DNA of 64,000 nucleotides from Octopus bimaculoides (lineage: Eukaryota), in NCBI RefSeq assembly GCF_001194135.2, contig NC_068982.1:41781618-41845617 (forward strand), in the 5' to 3' direction. The notes beneath the pieces were generated by a model. It did not search any database, was not told the DNA's origin, and worked only from the letters and a program-made list of their open reading frames with translations. Position 1 is the stretch's first letter. Every line of letters starts with the position of its first letter. Positions 60,871 to 64,000 of this stretch are shown one piece after another. The translations under genes and the position numbers were made by a program.

Positions 60871-63684
60871 AAAATAGACTTTAAAATATTTTTTTACAAA
60901 TATTTTTTGTGACTCACTGCATAGTTTCATATTCAATTACATCATTAATTCTGCTAATGTTGTTTTCTTTGGAATGATGTTGGTTAATATCATACAATAA
61001 ATCATCTCAATATTTATACAATGCATTGATAGAAATGGTACAGCTGCATTTATTTACAATCTGAGTTCAAATCCTGCCAGAATCAACTTTGTCTTTCATC
61101 CTTCTGGCATTGATAAAGTACGGTATCAGTTAAGTATTGTAGTTAATATAACCAACTATATTAAAGTGATGAGCCGGCAGAACCGTTAGCTCACTGGGCA
61201 AAATGCTTAGTAGCATTTTGTCCATCTTTATGTTCTGGGTTTAAATTCTGCTGAGTTCAACTTTGCCTTTCATCCTTTCAGGGTTGATAAAACAAGTTCC
61301 AGTCGAGTACTGCGATCAATGTAATCAACTTACCCACTTTCCTGAAACTACTGGCCTTGTGCCAAAATTTGAAATCAATATAATTGACTATATTCTCTTG
61401 CTTCAAGTTTAAGACCTGGTTTGTGTTTTAAGAATCAATAAGTTCATCAACATCTTTAGTTATGGGCAGGTATTTTATAAAATTTCTTGATAATTATAGT
61501 TGGATTAAGATTACCCTTTCTTTGCTTTGATGTAAAACTGAACCCTCTAAATTCTTTACAGTGTTCCTACAAAATAGAGTTGGAAATTATCTTGTGCACC
61601 AAAAAAAAAAGAAAAATTTCTTCAGGCATGTATGTTTTAAGCATCAAAGATTATGTATCTAACTGCCCCCTCCCCCTGACAAAAGAAAACTGGGGTGGTA
61701 AGATGGCCCTTGCATTAATGTTCTTCATAAATATGGATGAATCTGAAGAAGAAATTATTGAAAAAGTCAGAACTGAAAGATTACAGACCAGAAGAAAACA
61801 CCCTCCTCTTGAATTTTTTGCTTTTTGCATACTCATTACTTATGATGCTTAAGAAATTAGAAACTTAGAAGTTAGAAACATCAGAAGAAATTAGAAACTT
61901 TGTTACTCTCAGTAATTTCTCACTCTTTTCTACTTTCTACTCGAGTGTTTATTTACTGTTTCTTTTCCTTATCTTTCAGTAGTTTCCAACAATTAAGTTA
62001 CTTTAAGAACATCCCGAAGACTAACTGGTTTCTGAACTCTTTTACTGATGAAATTAGATATATTCGCTCAAAATTTAATTACCCTTAATTGTGGTAAGCA
62101 GTTTTACATACCAACCTACCTTTTGTTGAGGAATGTCATGTCTGAAATTATTTCTTGTTGAGATATATCAAGTTTATTGAGGCAACATGACTTAAAGAAA
62201 ATACCAAGTCTATTTTTTTTTTTTTTGGTAGATATTTAACATCATTACTGGAATAACCATGAAATTTAATTTTGCAGGTAAAGAGTTAAGAGGTATCATG
62301 TAATAGGCACTCTTCTTTATTACTTTCTTAATAGTTACATCATTGTATGTTGTTGATGTTTTGGCCAAAGGCAGCTCTATCTGAGCAGACTTAAGATTAA
62401 AGGCAACTCAGCCATGACCCTTCCATTTTGTTCTTCAGATATATCCTATCTAACACTATATTGTCCAATGTGTTCTCGTTCAAGATGATATTATTTGAGA
62501 TAGATTTTACTTCTATTTCTAGTAAGTCAAGTAATTGTGTAGAGGCTCCCTTGTTATGTACATCAACTTATGAATCTTATCTTTTATTTGTTTCAGTTAT
62601 TAGACTGCAGCCGTTCTGGGGCACCACCTTGAAGAATTTTTAGTTGAATGAATCGACCCTAGTACTTATTTTTTGTTAAGTCTGGTACTTATTCCTATCA
62701 GTCTCTTTTGTTGAAGTTATGGAGATGTAAACACACCAAAACCAGTTGTCAAGGGGTACCAGCAGACAAACACAGATGCAAAGACACACGCACGCATGAT
62801 GGGCTTCTTTTAGTTTCTGTCTATCAAATCTATTCACAAGGCTTTGGTCAGCCTGAGGCTATAGCAGTAGACACTTTCCTAAGGTACCACACAATGTTCA
62901 TTAAGTTTATTTGTATATACCACCATGTAATCTCAGTTTTAGAAGGGACACACCATAGTCCAGCAAGTTGTAAGAGGGAACTAAAAGGGTTGGCACATAG
63001 GAAAGGCATTTGGCTGTAAAATATTGCATCAGAAAAACCATCCATCTCTTGCCATCATGGAAAAGCAGACATAAATAGATGCTGGTGGTTGTGGCAGTGG
63101 TGATAATGATTTGCAATATTTTGATTTATGATGTAGACTTGTCCAAAATGAACAGTCTCATTTTTCTTCCATGGAGACTAGTGTCTTGGAAAAAATTAAG
63201 TTCTCCTTGATCATGTAATATAGTCTATCATTTCTTATTTTTTCTTCTTATGGATTATCATAAGGCTCTTTCTCCTTCCCTGTCAAAGTTAAATGAATTG
63301 TCTGTGGCTGTTGTTCTTCCTCATACTGCTGCTGCCTTGCATTTTGAGCTATTAATTGCAGCTGCTACAAAATACATTTTTAGATCACTATGCTAAGATT
63401 CTCAATCATAATGATCACAGCTGACTCTCATAGATAAGAAATAATAATGATTGTTTTAGGTCTGTGAGATTACTTCGCTCATGCCCAATGAAGGATTTAG
63501 TCTTACATTTTACCCAACTGTTAGGAAAAAAAAACTCTTCACTGATGAAGACTTTGTGAATTTATAAAGAAATAGTGTTGTGGTCTCTATTTAGCAAAGA
63601 TATGTCCATCATTAGTAGATCTATGAATATTACAATGTTAAGAGGAGAGTGTTTCACAACAATTATCTCATGTGTGTATGTTTA

Positions 63685-64000
63685 TCATCATCATCATCAT
63701 CATCATCATCGTTTAACGTCCGCTTTCCATGCTAGCATGGGTTGGACGATTTGACTGAGGACTGGTGAAACCGGATGGCAACACCAGGCTCCAGTCTGAT
63801 TTGGCAGAGTTTCTACAGCTGGATGCCCTTCCTAACGCCAACCACTCAGAGAGTGTAGTGGGTTCTTTTACGTGTGACCCGCACGAAAACGGCCACGCTC
63901 GAAATGGTGTCTTTTATGTGCCACCCGCACAAGCCAGTCCAGGGGCACTGGCAACGATCTCGCTCGAAAATCCTACAGGAGCCAGTCAGGCGGTACTGGC
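63685..64000 (-). mobile_element. young RTE LINE 3' UTR and (GAT)n tail, runs off window end
   Basis: About 240 nt match 41668-41906 in reverse complement with only two substitutions seen. Confidence 0.9.

Noticed and set aside
61487-61852. 121-aa ORF with MDESEEEIIEKVRTERLQTRRKHPP
   Set aside because: No recognisable family, no splice support, and it spans a poly-A run; it cannot be supported as a gene.

Overview
AT-rich animal genomic DNA, almost certainly from an octopod cephalopod (Octopus-type SINEs, dense TA/CA/CT/CAT/AAT microsatellites, four N gaps). One protein-coding gene is well supported: the 3' five coding exons of a SAPCD2 / suppressor-APC-domain homologue on the + strand (7178-32735, 204 aa plus a split codon, ending DDTTFM*). 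It includes a GC-AG intron, and its 5' exons were not found here. The rest is mostly transposon debris: CORE-like and MESC/Meta-like tRNA SINEs, RTE LINEs (two very young copies), R4/Dong-like RLE retrotransposons at (TAA)n, TTAA-bounded piggyBac-type MITEs, and Helitron, Gypsy and Penelope remnants. The most interesting signal is a set of fold-back (palindromic) elements. Two are bounded by target-site duplications (44219-45272 and 49214-49686) and carry a tRNA-like Pol III head followed by a minimal type I hammerhead ribozyme. The shorter one is non-coding and starts exactly at the tRNA-like head, which suggests a Penelope-mobilised, ribozyme-bearing SINE/retrozyme. A third hairpin of about 440 bp lies inside a SAPCD2 intron. 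All alignments and translations were done by eye; repeat boundaries are approximate unless a TSD or splice site is given.
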